The position numbers and the translations under genes are program-made. The notes beneath the pieces were generated by a model, which did not search any database, was not told the origin of the DNA, and was given only the letters and a program-made list of their open reading frames with translations. A DNA stretch of 64,000 bases, from contig CAXXXF010000003.1 of assembly GCA_963667175.2 (NCBI GenBank), positions 128,001-192,000 on the forward strand, given 5' to 3'. Positions 10,148 to 21,200 of this stretch are shown here, piece by piece; the first letter of the stretch is position 1, and every line of letters begins with the position of its first letter. The DNA is from Candidatus Latescibacterota bacterium (GTDB lineage Bacteria > Latescibacterota > UBA2968 > GCA-2709665).

Positions 10148-10399
10148 CTATTCCGGGGCCTCTAATCTGGCTTCATTTTCGGCGATACGCTCACCGAAGG
10201 TGTCCAGGCGCGCGTCAATCTTATCGAGCCGGTCCTCGACTCTGTCAAAGCGAGCGTCTATTCTGTCAAAACGCTTATCCAAACGTTTTTCTAAATCGCT
10301 TGTTACATAGTATGCGAAACCAAAGTTGGAAGCCATCAACATAGCAACTGCGATAAACATTCGCATCGTTTCGACGGTCCAGAACTTTTTTTCTTCCAT
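10148..10399 (-). CDS. Small protein with N-terminal TM segment and heptad coiled coil (DUF1640-like)
   Basis: Hydrophobic N-terminus followed by RLDKRFDRIDARFDRVEDRLDKIDARLD heptads. GGAG RBS and an upstream sigma70-like promoter. Confidence 0.7.
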   Translation of the reverse strand: MEEKKFWTVETMRMFIAVAMLMASNFGFAYYVTSDLEKRLDKRFDRIDARFDRVEDRLDKIDARLDTFGERIAENEARLEAPE

Positions 10400-10429
10400 T
10401 GTGCTTCTCCGATGTTAGGATTCCCTTCA

Positions 10430-10458
10430 AAAGTACACGGGTCTGTTGCTCTTGTCAA
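10430..10458 (-). promoter_or_regulatory. Sigma70-type promoter for the 10399 gene
   Basis: Minus strand TTGACA-N17-TACTTT about 30 nt upstream of the ATG. Confidence 0.6.
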
Positions 10459-10589
10459 GGGCAAACGTAAAAACGGCGAGACGTTGAAGGCATGGTTTGA
10501 CGGGCGATAGGTGTTTGATTTTGAGGGTTGGTTTTACAACCGGTACCCCTTACCCGTTTTTTGTCCCGCAGGGAGGAGGATTGAGCACG

Positions 10590-12638
10590 ATGATTTCAAG
10601 AGAGAATTTCGTGTCAATTGCCACGATCGCGCTGGTTACAGTTGCCGTATTCGTTTCGTCGGGCTCTAACGCGGATGCCGACGGGACGACGATACAGGGG
10701 GTCTCCGTCAATCCGCATGACCACGTAGACACGTCGCTTCCGGACTTCGACGGAGACGGGACGGTTGGCTTCGGTGATTTCCTGCTGTTTGCTGAAAACT
10801 TCGGACTGAGTCACGGGGACGCGGGATATGATGCGCGGTACGATCTGAACGGCGACTGGGAAGTCGGATTTTCGGATTTCGTGATCTTTTCACGAAACTT
10901 CGGAAGGGACGCTTCTTCCTTGAAGCTGCAACCCTGGGACCTTTCGAAGATCGTGCCGATCGACACCGTCCGGTCGGAGCCAACGGGAAGGCGTGTGTTC
11001 ATGCGGACAGAATTCGACAACGGCGAACTTGCCGACCTGGAGATGAAATTCATCGCGGTTGTGGACGATTTTCTGCCACCCATGCCGGTTTACATGGTGG
11101 AAGCCTCAGATTCTGTCCTGGTAAGCCTGGGAGGCATTGCCAGGGGTATGAGTGGTTCCCCCATTTTCACCGTGCAGGGCGTCTGGGGCGCGATCGCCTT
11201 CGGTTTCAACGGCCAGGACAGCCCGCCTTACTACTTCTTTGCCACGCCCATCGAATGGGTCATCGGTAAAAAGGGGACGGTTCCACTGGCCAAACGGGCC
11301 GCCGCCTGGGGAGATAACCGTATCGTCCCACTGGACGTCCCCCTGTTGAGTACCGGCCACGGTCTTCAGCTTCCGCCCGAAGGGAGTCCGTCGCCCCTGA
11401 GCGGCGCCGTGTCCGCCGGCCTGACCACGCAGCGTCAGACCAGCTATGCGCCCGGCAGGCCGCTGGCAGTCGGTTTTTTGTTGGGCGAGCTTACACTCGG
11501 CGCCTTCGGGACCATCTCCTTCGTCGACGGCGACCGGATCTATGGATTCGGACATTCCATGAATGACGCGGGCCCGGTTTCGTTGCCGATCATCGAGGCC
11601 GTCGTGCTGGGAGAAATATCGAATTTGTCGGCGCCGTTCAAGTTCGTGACGCTGAATCCGACCGTGCGCGGCACGCTCACCGAAGACCGCATTCCCGGGG
11701 TCCGGGGCGTGCTGGACGAGGGACCGGACCTGGTGTCGATCAGAAGCGCGTATGCGTTTCCGAATGGCGCGGTCGTCGAACTCGCCCACGCGATGCCCGC
11801 TGTCATACCGAGCCCATATACGGCCATCGACCTGGTCGCAAATGCGTTCTTTACGCCTCTGTCCAATCGGGTCGAGCAGGACCCTGACCATAGCATACGC
11901 GTGAGTTTTGACGTCTCCTTTGACGCTGTCGATTCCTCGCTAACCCGCTCGCGTCTCTTCGCTTCTCCCGAGGGACATCTGGCTTCTCTGGTTTGGAACG
12001 CCGGATCCGACCTCTTTGACACGCTCGCCGATCTGATGACGAGGGACGATTATCCATTGCAGGTGACGGATGCCGGGGTCCGCGTTGAAGTGATCTCCGA
12101 AGCTCGTTTTGCAAAGGTGATGGAGGTCTCCGCGGACACCGTCGTCACTCCCGGGGACACGTTGGCCGTTTCTGCTTCTCTGCGCGTGGGACGTCGGAGC
12201 GACCGGGAGATCGAATTCGCGCTCAGCGTGCCGGACACGTTTCAGACTGGCGTCTACCGGCTCGAAGCGGGGTCCGTTGCCACGTTGGGAGATGACGCCC
12301 GCGGCGGAGAAGGACCCTCGCCGGTGTCTGGATTTTTCGGACCTCCGGATGGATTCGGGGACGATGAGACCCTTCAGGAAGTCTTCGCAAGGGTGAATCG
12401 AGACGACGAGAACGTTCTTTTGAAAGTCCGGTTGGCCTTCGTCTCGCCACTCGAAGACAACGCGGACTCGACGGCTCTGCCCCCGGGCGGGCTCGCCGGC
12501 GTCCTGACCGGCGGGCTGGGAGGGGAAATTCCGCCTCCTGGTCCCACGGCGACGGTTTCCGCACAGAGAGACGTCGGTCTATTCCTGGAGGGCTCCTCGG
12601 ACGCGCCGGTCAAGGTCGTCGCACCGGCAGGGCCGTGA
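10590..12638 (+). CDS. Secreted SpoIVB peptidase S55 domain protein with N-terminal dockerin-like domain
   Basis: Signal peptide, then DFDGDGTVGFGDF...DLNGDWEVGFSDF. S55 signature GGIARGMSGSPIF...GAIAFG and GTISFVDGDRIYGFGH. Confidence 0.85.
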   Translation: MISRENFVSIATIALVTVAVFVSSGSNADADGTTIQGVSVNPHDHVDTSLPDFDGDGTVGFGDFLLFAENFGLSHGDAGYDARYDLNGDWEVGFSDFVIFSRNFGRDASSLKLQPWDLSKIVPIDTVRSEPTGRRVFMRTEFDNGELADLEMKFIAVVDDFLPPMPVYMVEASDSVLVSLGGIARGMSGSPIFTVQGVWGAIAFGFNGQDSPPYYFFATPIEWVIGKKGTVPLAKRAAAWGDNRIVPLDVPLLSTGHGLQLPPEGSPSPLSGAVSAGLTTQRQTSYAPGRPLAVGFLLGELTLGAFGTISFVDGDRIYGFGHSMNDAGPVSLPIIEAVVLGEISNLSAPFKFVTLNPTVRGTLTEDRIPGVRGVLDEGPDLVSIRSAYAFPNGAVVELAHAMPAVIPSPYTAIDLVANAFFTPLSNRVEQDPDHSIRVSFDVSFDAVDSSLTRSRLFASPEGHLASLVWNAGSDLFDTLADLMTRDDYPLQVTDAGVRVEVISEARFAKVMEVSADTVVTPGDTLAVSASLRVGRRSDREIEFALSVPDTFQTGVYRLEAGSVATLGDDARGGEGPSPVSGFFGPPDGFGDDETLQEVFARVNRDDENVLLKVRLAFVSPLEDNADSTALPPGGLAGVLTGGLGGEIPPPGPTATVSAQRDVGLFLEGSSDAPVKVVAPAGP

Positions 12639-12750
12639 TATCTACAAGACGTTGCCCCTCCCCTCAAAGGGGAATGACGCGGATGCATTTCGCGGAGAAT
12701 TGCGCGACGTGAATTTATCTCCTGTCGCTTTTCCGGCAGAAATCAAGCGA

Positions 12751-12800
12751 GGCGGGCCTGCCTGCTGGCGAGGCAGGCAGACAGGAATGTCTGCCCCACC
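12751..12800. repeat. REP-like GGGCAGACAGGAATGTCTGCCCC palindrome interrupted by a 21-nt CCTGCCTGC..GGCAGG insert (12757..12777)
   Basis: Removing the insert restores gggcagacaggaatgtctgccc. Confidence 0.6.
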
Positions 12801-12860
12801 CTCACACCGGCGTTCTCTGAATGTCACTCTCGCGCAAGCGTTTCATCGGAAAGGGAATTC

Positions 12861-15800
12861 ATGCTGACCGTCGATCATAACGCGCCTGCCTGCGCCGCGT
12901 TGGCCGCGGCAGGCAGGCCGGCGCCGCGGCCGGGGAGGTCCATCTGGTATACGGTGGACGGGATTCACCGTGCACGGAAGAATATCCGCACGCAGGAATG
13001 GGCCGCGAAAGAGTGGGTGCGGATCAGTGAAGTGGCGGAGCGGTGGGTCCGGGTTTCCGATGAGGACGTCCTGGCGCTGGTACCGGATCGGGGTTCGATC
13101 TTCTGCAGCGGTCGGAACGGGTCCCCATGCTGCAAAGCGGCCTGGCGGTGCGAGTTGTCGCGGCCCCGCCGTGCTTTCTGCGGAGAATGCGGGCGTGAAT
13201 ACCCGGAGACCGGGAAAGGGTCTCCTTTCCGCGACGAGGGACGCGGCTTCTACTACGAAGGGAAATGGTTCGCGCCGGCGCCCGTCTGGAACAGTTTTGT
13301 CGTGAGTATGCTGAGCACCTATTCGTACGGCTCCGGCGGTCCCACGGACAACGCGCTGTTGAATCTGGCCCTGGCCTACGCGATAACCGGCGAGACCCGG
13401 TTCGGAGAAAAGGCGCTGCTGATCTACGACGCGCTGGCCACGCTGGCGCCCACGACCCTCGGGCCGCTCGACATTCCGGAGGGAGAGGATCGGGAGATGG
13501 GGCGCATGCATGCCGAGACGTGCCACGTCAACCGGCAGCGGTTCGTGGACATGCAGGCGTACGATCTGATCTCGGGTCTTCCCGCGATGGACGGGATTTC
13601 ACCGACACGGGGGGATCGTCGCATCAGCATCAGGGAGAACATCGCAGAAGGCATGCTGGATGACTACATCATGACGGAGGGAGGCGGGTACAACCTGCGG
13701 GAAGGAAACCTCACCCACTTCCAGAATCACGAACTGGACGGGTTCCGGGCGCTGTTGTCCATCGGCCTGGCGACCGGCAGACCCGATTTCATTACCTGGG
13801 CTGGAGGGGCTTTCCGGTCCTTTCTGGATAATGTGCTCGGCAGGGACGGAGGATACTACGAGAACTCCGAGATGTACGCGTATTTCTCGGGTACGCTGAT
13901 GCAGGACGTGGCGGAACTGATGTACCACTACGATCCCGGCAAGTACGTTTCACCCGAAGATTTCCCGGCGGCGGAGGAACTGATGGGGCTGAAGAACGCC
14001 TTCGATCATCCCCGTCTCGTCCGGCTGTGCCTGGAGTACACGGAACTGATCCGGGCGTGCGGCCGCATCCCCTCGTATGGAAATACGAACGCGCTCCCGG
14101 GTTATTGGCCGCCTTCGGAACGCCAGGTGATGCCCTCGCACTGGTCGCTGCTGGAACGGCTCTACTTCCGGAGCGATAACGCGGAGACACGGGTGCAGGT
14201 GAAGGATATGATGCTGGACCTGTCGGACGGCGCCGCCGAAAACGTCCGCAACGGGACGTGGGCGCTGTTCAATACCGAACCCGGTCCTGCCGGGGAAGAA
14301 GGGGCCGGGCCCGCCTGCGGCTCTTCCTTCGTGGGTCATAAAGGCGTGGTGGTCCTTCGCAGCGGGACCGGCGACCGGTCGCGCGCGCTGATCGTGCGGG
14401 GAGGCGCGAATCTGCTTTCACAGGACGACCAGCTGGCGGTGTTTCTGTACGACAGGGGCCGCACGGTAATCGAAGACGTAGGGTACGCCCTGGCCGGTTC
14501 TCACGTGCACAAAGGGTGGGGCATGCGGGCGATCTCGCACGCGATGGTGACCGTGGACGAAGATATTCCCACGTCTCAGGGTTACGAATTCGTGCCCAGC
14601 GCGGACCTGGTCGCCTTCGAGGACATGGGCGGCGTGAAGATTGCTGAGTATTCCGCGCCACTGTCACGGATCCACCAGGGCGCAACCGAGTACCGACGCG
14701 CGCTGATCTTCTGCGACGTGGACGAAGAGACCTCCTATACGCTGGACCTGTTCCTGGTGGCCGGAGGGCGCATTCACGACTATGCGATGAACGGTCCCAG
14801 GTTCTTCGAGGGGGACTGCGGGGCGTATACTCTGGAAGGCGTGTCGCCCGAGGCCCGCGAGGGGGTGTGGACGCTGGCGGCGCTGGGGACGATGGAGGGT
14901 TCCGAAGAGGCGAACGCGCCAGGAAAGAGTTGGGGAGAGCGAATCGGCCCGAACGATCGGATTCAGGGCGTGGCAGCACCGGACGGCAGCCCGCTGCCCT
15001 ACGGGTGGCTGCCGCCCCCGGGAAACGGGTACGCGTTCATCCACGACGTGAAGACCGCCGCGCTGGAACGGGACGCGTACGCGCACTGGCGATTCGGCGA
15101 CGCGTTGGATACCCGTTTCGGTGTTTTGTTTCCTGCCGACTCCGCCGCGACCCTGATCGCCGCGAAAGGACCGGACTTGAGAGGCGAGCAACAGATCGAG
15201 AGACTGATCGTCCGCCGGGAGGGACAGAAACTAAGGAGCCTGTTCTTCAGTGTCTTCGAGGCGTTTTCAGGTTCACGAAACGTGGTCGGAGCGACCGTGC
15301 TCGCTCGCGACGCGGAGGCGGGGAACGCCGCGGTGCGGGTGGAACTGGCGGACGGCAGGCGGGATACTGTTTTGTTCTCGAGAGATGGCCGGATGGAACT
15401 CGAGGATCCCGAAGGGGCGCCCATCGCGCTGGCGGGGCGATTCGGAGTCGTTCGGGAAGGAATCGGCGAGGTGGCGCTGTTTCTGGCGGAGGGGACGCGC
15501 CTGCGGTTCGGCGACGCGGCGACGACACTCCCGCAAGCGCGTTTCGAAGCCCGGATCGCGGATATGGATGCCGATGCCGAAACGGTGCAGATCGACCGGG
15601 GTCTACCGGGCGGGATGGGTTTGGAGGACCGTCTGTGCCGGGTCGAATCGGGCGAACCGGAGGCGCCCTATTCACACCGTTCCGGATATCGTGTCGTCGC
15701 CGCGGAGGGCGGCGAAACCGCCCGGCTGGCTCTCCAGCACGGCGATCCACGGTTGGCCAGAGGGACCGTAATGTCCGTGGAGGCGCCGGATATTCTGCAC

Positions 15801-16055
15801 TGCGACGTCCCGATCGCGTTTGCCTGGGGTTTCAACAACAGCGGTGACAAGGGTGAATACAGGGGGAAGATGCTGCGTACCGAGGACGGGTCGTTCGCAT
15901 CCCGGATCGTCGAACTGCTGGCGTTCAAGAAGATCCGGCTGGAGTCGGTTGCGGGGCTGCGAGAGGGCCTGCGCTTTGAGATTCTGGACTTCAAACCGGG
16001 CGATCGGATCTCGATTCCGAATTCCGGGTGCGCGGTTCTGTCACGCAGACGCTGA
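12861..16055 (+). CDS. Heparinase II/III-like protein with N-terminal Cys-rich (CxxC) segment
   Basis: SPCC...CGECG, QNHE, DGGYYENSEMY, DVGY, SHAMVTVDE and YRRALIF. Alpha/alpha + beta-sandwich lyase-like layout; no signal peptide. Confidence 0.7.
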   Translation: MLTVDHNAPACAALAAAGRPAPRPGRSIWYTVDGIHRARKNIRTQEWAAKEWVRISEVAERWVRVSDEDVLALVPDRGSIFCSGRNGSPCCKAAWRCELSRPRRAFCGECGREYPETGKGSPFRDEGRGFYYEGKWFAPAPVWNSFVVSMLSTYSYGSGGPTDNALLNLALAYAITGETRFGEKALLIYDALATLAPTTLGPLDIPEGEDREMGRMHAETCHVNRQRFVDMQAYDLISGLPAMDGISPTRGDRRISIRENIAEGMLDDYIMTEGGGYNLREGNLTHFQNHELDGFRALLSIGLATGRPDFITWAGGAFRSFLDNVLGRDGGYYENSEMYAYFSGTLMQDVAELMYHYDPGKYVSPEDFPAAEELMGLKNAFDHPRLVRLCLEYTELIRACGRIPSYGNTNALPGYWPPSERQVMPSHWSLLERLYFRSDNAETRVQVKDMMLDLSDGAAENVRNGTWALFNTEPGPAGEEGAGPACGSSFVGHKGVVVLRSGTGDRSRALIVRGGANLLSQDDQLAVFLYDRGRTVIEDVGYALAGSHVHKGWGMRAISHAMVTVDEDIPTSQGYEFVPSADLVAFEDMGGVKIAEYSAPLSRIHQGATEYRRALIFCDVDEETSYTLDLFLVAGGRIHDYAMNGPRFFEGDCGAYTLEGVSPEAREGVWTLAALGTMEGSEEANAPGKSWGERIGPNDRIQGVAAPDGSPLPYGWLPPPGNGYAFIHDVKTAALERDAYAHWRFGDALDTRFGVLFPADSAATLIAAKGPDLRGEQQIERLIVRREGQKLRSLFFSVFEAFSGSRNVVGATVLARDAEAGNAAVRVELADGRRDTVLFSRDGRMELEDPEGAPIALAGRFGVVREGIGEVALFLAEGTRLRFGDAATTLPQARFEARIADMDADAETVQIDRGLPGGMGLEDRLCRVESGEPEAPYSHRSGYRVVAAEGGETARLALQHGDPRLARGTVMSVEAPDILHCDVPIAFAWGFNNSGDKGEYRGKMLRTEDGSFASRIVELLAFKKIRLESVAGLREGLRFEILDFKPGDRISIPNSGCAVLSRRR
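12885..12917. mobile_element. 33-nt palindromic element inserted in frame in a CDS (encodes PACAALAAAGR)
   Basis: cctgcctgcgccgcgttggccgcggcaggcagg has the same ends and length as the intergenic copies. Confidence 0.7.
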
Positions 16056-16265
16056 TACCGGATCCACAACCCGCTGTCGCGGCCCTCTGCGCGGCGTAGA
16101 GATCCGATACGGCCGCCCTTTTTCCTTCTAATTTCCCCGATTATTCGATATTATGCACGGCAGCGGACTTTAGCAACGCGGTGTTGGCCGAAGTGACACT
16201 CGGCATGATCGGTCGTTCCAGCGACAGTGCTCGCCAAACCCTTCCACGTCAACCGGGAGACGGCC

Positions 16266-18230
16266 ATGCAGCAAACACAGCCGGAATCACATCCTGAAGC
16301 GACTGCCGGTCCGGAACGATGGGGCGTCACCGTGAGAGCGGTCGTCATCGGGCTTGGCGTTGCCCTCTTCATTCAGGGCTGGGGCATCTTTTCGAGCCGG
16401 GTGATCCGGTCGTCCGGCGTGACGGCCGGTTTTCTTTCACCGGCCCTGTTCATTGCGATCCTGCTCGTCCTGTTCGTCCTGAATCCCTTCCTGAAGCGGG
16501 TCGTTCGGTCCGCGGGGCTGAGCCTCGCGGAGATGCTGACGATTTTCGCGATGGGGTTGATGGGCGGCGCTCCCATCGCGCTCCTGTACGCCTTTATCAC
16601 GATTCCCTACTACCTGGCCACCCCTGAAAACCAGTGGGGCAACCTCCTGCACCCGAACCTGCCCTCCTGGGTCGCGCCCCTCGACGTGGACGGCGCCGTC
16701 ACGCTTCTGTTCAACGGCCTGCCGAACGGGCAGGGTACGATACCATGGGGGGCATGGGTCGTGCCCATGTTCTGGTGGGTGCTTCTGTTCTGCGTGCTGG
16801 CATTCGCCGCGGCTTCGATTTCCGTAGTACTCCGGAAACAGTGGGTGGAACACGAGCGGCTGCGGTACCCGGTACTGGAACCGATCGTGGAGATGGCCAG
16901 AGGCTCGGAATCCGGCGGGTGGTGGCCGCAGTTCGCCCGCGGAAAGCTGTTCTGGTTCGGGGCAGGGTTCGCGTTCGTCTTCATCTTCTGGAATGCGCTG
17001 CCCTGGATCTCTCCCGCCTTTCCCGAGATGCCGGTACGCGGGCGGGTGTACGCCTTCTTCGGGCGGGATATGCCGCCCATGTTCAGCTATATCGATCCGT
17101 TTTCATTCGCGTTCTCCTATTTTGCAAATCTGGACGTCCTGTTCAGCGTGTGGTTCTTCTTCGCCGTGTTCGTTCTGGAATTCGGGGTTTTCAACCGGCT
17201 GGGCTACAGCATCGGCGGCAGAGGCGACCGGTACGGATCTTACGATGCCGCGTCGAGCTGGCAGGGTCTGGGCGCGTTCTGCGTCTTCGTGTTATTCGGT
17301 CTGTGGATGGCCAGGCGCCACCTGAAGGACGTGCTGATGAAGGCGTGGCGGTCGGACCATTCCGTGGACGATTCGCGGGAGATGCTGTCGTACCGGACCG
17401 CGGTCGTGGGCGTTGTGGTGGGATTCGTCTTCGCGGTCGTGTGGCTGAACCGGGCGGGGATGGACCTGCAGATGGCCATTCCGCTCGTGGCGATGCTTTT
17501 CGTTCTCTACATCGGCGTCGCGCGGATCATCGCCGAGTCGGGACTGCTGTACGTGCAAGGGCCGATGACGGCGCAGAGCTTTTCGGTGTATCTGCTGGGC
17601 GCGAAAGCGGTGTCGCCGTCGAGCCTGACCACGCTTCTGTTTTCCTATCCGATCCACGCGAATTCGACCTCGCAGATGTCGCACGTGGCCAAGGTGGGCG
17701 AGCAGATCCGGGACAGGGGACGGCGGCTGTTCTGGGCGGTGGGCCTGTCGTTCTTGGCGACAACCCTGATCGTGATCGTCGGGACACTCTATCTGGGCTA
17801 TACCCGCGGCGCCGAGAATTTCGGACACGGCTTCATCTGCGGGGGTGTGCACAATTTCCCGGATACCGTGAGCAAGATCAAGGAGCCGTTCGACGTCGAC
17901 TGGAACCGGATCATGTTCTTCGGTATCGGCGCAGCGGTTATGGTCGTCCTCACGTTTCTCCGGTACCGGTTTCCGTGGTGGCCGATCCATCCGGTCGGGT
18001 TCGCCATCATGGGGACGGATCTCGTACGGAATTTCGCGCTGACGCTGTTTCTGGCGTGGGCGTGCAAGACGGTGATCCTGCGGGTTGGCGGAAACACCAT
18101 GTTCAGACAGGCGCAGCCGTTCTTCCTCGGGCTGCTGGTGGGGCACGTCCTGGGAATAACCGGAGCGTTCCTCGTGGATATGTTCCTGTTCCCTGGAGCC
18201 GGACATAGCATTCACCCGTGGATAGAATAA
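16266..18230 (+). CDS. DUF6785-family polytopic membrane protein (putative transporter)
   Basis: Many TM helices. Motifs YLATPENQW, IPWGAW, RKQWVEHERLRYP, RIIAESG, RYRFPWWPIHPVG and PFFLGLLVG. Confidence 0.8.
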   Translation: MQQTQPESHPEATAGPERWGVTVRAVVIGLGVALFIQGWGIFSSRVIRSSGVTAGFLSPALFIAILLVLFVLNPFLKRVVRSAGLSLAEMLTIFAMGLMGGAPIALLYAFITIPYYLATPENQWGNLLHPNLPSWVAPLDVDGAVTLLFNGLPNGQGTIPWGAWVVPMFWWVLLFCVLAFAAASISVVLRKQWVEHERLRYPVLEPIVEMARGSESGGWWPQFARGKLFWFGAGFAFVFIFWNALPWISPAFPEMPVRGRVYAFFGRDMPPMFSYIDPFSFAFSYFANLDVLFSVWFFFAVFVLEFGVFNRLGYSIGGRGDRYGSYDAASSWQGLGAFCVFVLFGLWMARRHLKDVLMKAWRSDHSVDDSREMLSYRTAVVGVVVGFVFAVVWLNRAGMDLQMAIPLVAMLFVLYIGVARIIAESGLLYVQGPMTAQSFSVYLLGAKAVSPSSLTTLLFSYPIHANSTSQMSHVAKVGEQIRDRGRRLFWAVGLSFLATTLIVIVGTLYLGYTRGAENFGHGFICGGVHNFPDTVSKIKEPFDVDWNRIMFFGIGAAVMVVLTFLRYRFPWWPIHPVGFAIMGTDLVRNFALTLFLAWACKTVILRVGGNTMFRQAQPFFLGLLVGHVLGITGAFLVDMFLFPGAGHSIHPWIE

Positions 18231-18248
18231 GAAGCTGTACGGGGATGG

Positions 18249-21200
18249 ATGATGTTTGACGTGATCAAGAGGATTCTTCTCGTTCTGCTGACGCTGGCCG
18301 TCCTCGCACTCGTGGTCGTGTTCGATCCCGAGGAAGTTTCCGACGTGATGCGGGATACGCTGAGAATTCACCAGTTGGCGCCAGGGGAGCAGGCGCGCGG
18401 CGATCTGTCGGCCGAGGACCGTGCGGTTCGACGGGTCGTGGATGCGATCACCGAAGACGACGTCCGCTCTCACGTGGCGTCATTGACCGGGATGCCGTCG
18501 CGCGTGGTCGGGTACGGCGGGGAACGGCAGGCGCGGGACTATATCGTTTCGCAGTTCGAGGCGCTGGGTCTGGAGCGAATCACGACGGAGCCCTTCGACG
18601 TGACCGTGCCGATCGACCTCGGCGGCGTCCTGAAGGTGACGGCAACGGGCAGGGAGATACCCATATACGGACTCTGGCCGAACGACGTCCGGACGCCGAC
18701 GCTTCCGGCCGAAGGAATAGAGGGGTCTCTGATCTACGGGCGGCGCGGGGAGTTTGCGGATTTCAACGGGTCGGTTGTGGACGGCAGCGTGGTCTTGATG
18801 GATTTCGGTTGCGGGCAGAACTATGTGAATGCAATGACCCTCGGCGCGAAGGCGATTCTGTTCTTCGACGATGGGAACGTCACACGCGGGGAGGCGGAGG
18901 ACAAGTTTCTGGAGGTGCCCGTGAACGTGCCCCGGTTCTGGATAGACAGGGAGGAGGCGCGTCGCCTTCTCGAGGAAATTCAGCGCGGGGACGTCAGGGT
19001 CCGCCTCACGGCGCGGATGGACTGGAAAACGGTGGAGGCTGCCAATGTGTACGGCTACCTGCCGGGTTCCGAGGAGCGCATTCCCGGAGGAACCGGCATC
19101 AGGTGGAAGGACAGGCTGATTGTGGTCGGCGCGTACTACGACGCCATGTCGGTGGTGCCGGCCCTGGCCCCGGGGGCGGAAAGCGCCTCCGGCGTCGCCG
19201 CGCTACTCGAGGTGATCCGTTCGCTGAAGTTGCATGGTTCCCGGTATTCCTTCCTCTTTCTGGCGACGTCTGCGCACTTCGAGGGCCTTTCGGGAATCAA
19301 CGATTTCCTCTTCAGACATTCCCGGCGAAGCGATTATTTCAGGGACCGGATCCCCGAAGGCGACCGGATCGACTTCAGCCTGTTCGTCGGGCTGGACCTG
19401 TCCAGCCGCAGCAGACAGGTGGGCGGATTCGCAATGGGGACCTTCTACAACGCCCGTAAGGGGACGGACGAATACCTGAAGAACCTGCTGACGCCGTATT
19501 CCCACCGGTTCCGCGAATACAGCCGGGCGCTCTTCCCTGATGATGCGCGCTACGTGGACGTGGTGGCGCCGGCCAAGCGGCCATGGACGTCGTACATGCC
19601 GGTTCCCCTGGCCCTGGAAAGCGAGGCCGCGGTATTCGTCGGCCAGGAGGCGATGACGCTGGTCACCCTGTACGACGGTCGCGTTCGCACCGACACCCCG
19701 CTCGATCTTCCGGAGGCGATGGCCTTCGACCGCCTGACCGACCAGGTGCGGTCCGTGGCGGCTATGATGATCAGGGCGGGGAACGACCCGGGCTTCTTCC
19801 GGGAGACCCAGCTTCGGCTGATGGACCGCGGGCACCGTCTCTCCGGGCGAATCCTCTGGTTCGACCGGGACGTGGACTTCGCGATTCCCAGGGTGCCGGT
19901 TCCCGGCGCGCTGGTGACGTACAAGCAGCCGGGGCCGGGCAGCCTGGCCGGCGTCCGGACGCTGATGGTCACGCAGGCCACCAGGGGTCCGATCTATGAA
20001 GGCGCGCGCGCCCGCGGGCCTCGTTTCGGTTCCAGGGAGGAAGTGGCGCGGACCGGCCGGTTTGCGTTCGACGTCGTGAGGAACCGGTTTTCGAATCAGA
20101 TTCTGGCGTACGAGATCGACGCGGAGGGGCGGATTGTCTCGGCGCCTGACATGGGCCGTGAAGGCGCCGGCTCGGATGGCAGAGAGGGGAAGTATCCCCT
20201 GCTTCAGGGATACGGCTGGTGGGACAACCAGATGATGGGCGTGCTGTTCAGGTGCCGGTCGCTGAGCCTGTTCGAGATTGTGGATTCCAGCTATCTTTCG
20301 GTGCTGGATCACATGAAGGTGCTGGGGAGGGACAACAGCGAGCCGATCGAGTACGGATTCCGATACGTGGCCAACCAGGGCCGGAAGGAGGGGAAGGTCA
20401 CGCAGGCGTCGGTGGCATTCGCGCCGCCCGGGGAGCGGATCAAGATCCTGATGAGCAGCGGGCTGTTCGGAATCAAGTACCTGCTGATCAACGCGCCGGA
20501 AGACCTGTTGACCGATCCCGTGGCGCCGCGACAGGTGAACGCGGCAACCGTGAAGCGGTCCATGGGCGCCGGCTACGTCCCGGACGGAGATGCGATTTCC
20601 CTGCCGTCATACAGGGCGGCGCGGGATATGTGGATCGTGGACGACGTGCGGATGAAGCAGCTGGCGCGTTATGGTGTGGAAAACCAGCGGCTTTCCCGGT
20701 TGCACGACCGGGCCCGGGAGTCTCTGCTCGAAGCGGAACGCCACCTGGAAAACCGCCAATATGACCGGTTCATCGCATCGGCCAGGGAGGGCTGGGGGCT
20801 CGAGGCGCGAGGGTATCCCGAGGTCAAAGAGACGGCCAACGACACGGTCCGGGGCGTCATCTTCTATTTCGTCCTGCTGCTGCCGTTCTCGTTCTTCTGC
20901 GAGCGGCTGTTTTTCGGCTTTCCCGACGTCCAGAGGAGAATTATCGGATTTGCCGGAATTCTCATCGCCATGTTTCTGGCCCTGCGGTGGGTGCATCCCG
21001 CGTTTCAGCTGTCGGGGTCTCCATATATCATCTTTCTCGCCTTCGTGATCCTGTGTCTGGGCGGTGTGGCCATGGTGATCGTGGTGTCCAGGTTCGCGGA
21101 GCAGGTGCGGCGGCTGAAGCAGTCGGCGACGGGGGTCTACGAAGAGGACGTGGGGCGGATTTCGGCTACGATCGTGGCCTTTACGCTGGGGGTTTCGAAT

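Noticed and set aside
16634-18208. 524-aa alternative-frame ORF inside the DUF6785 gene
   Set aside because: Arg/Gly/Pro-rich off-frame translation typical of GC3 bias.
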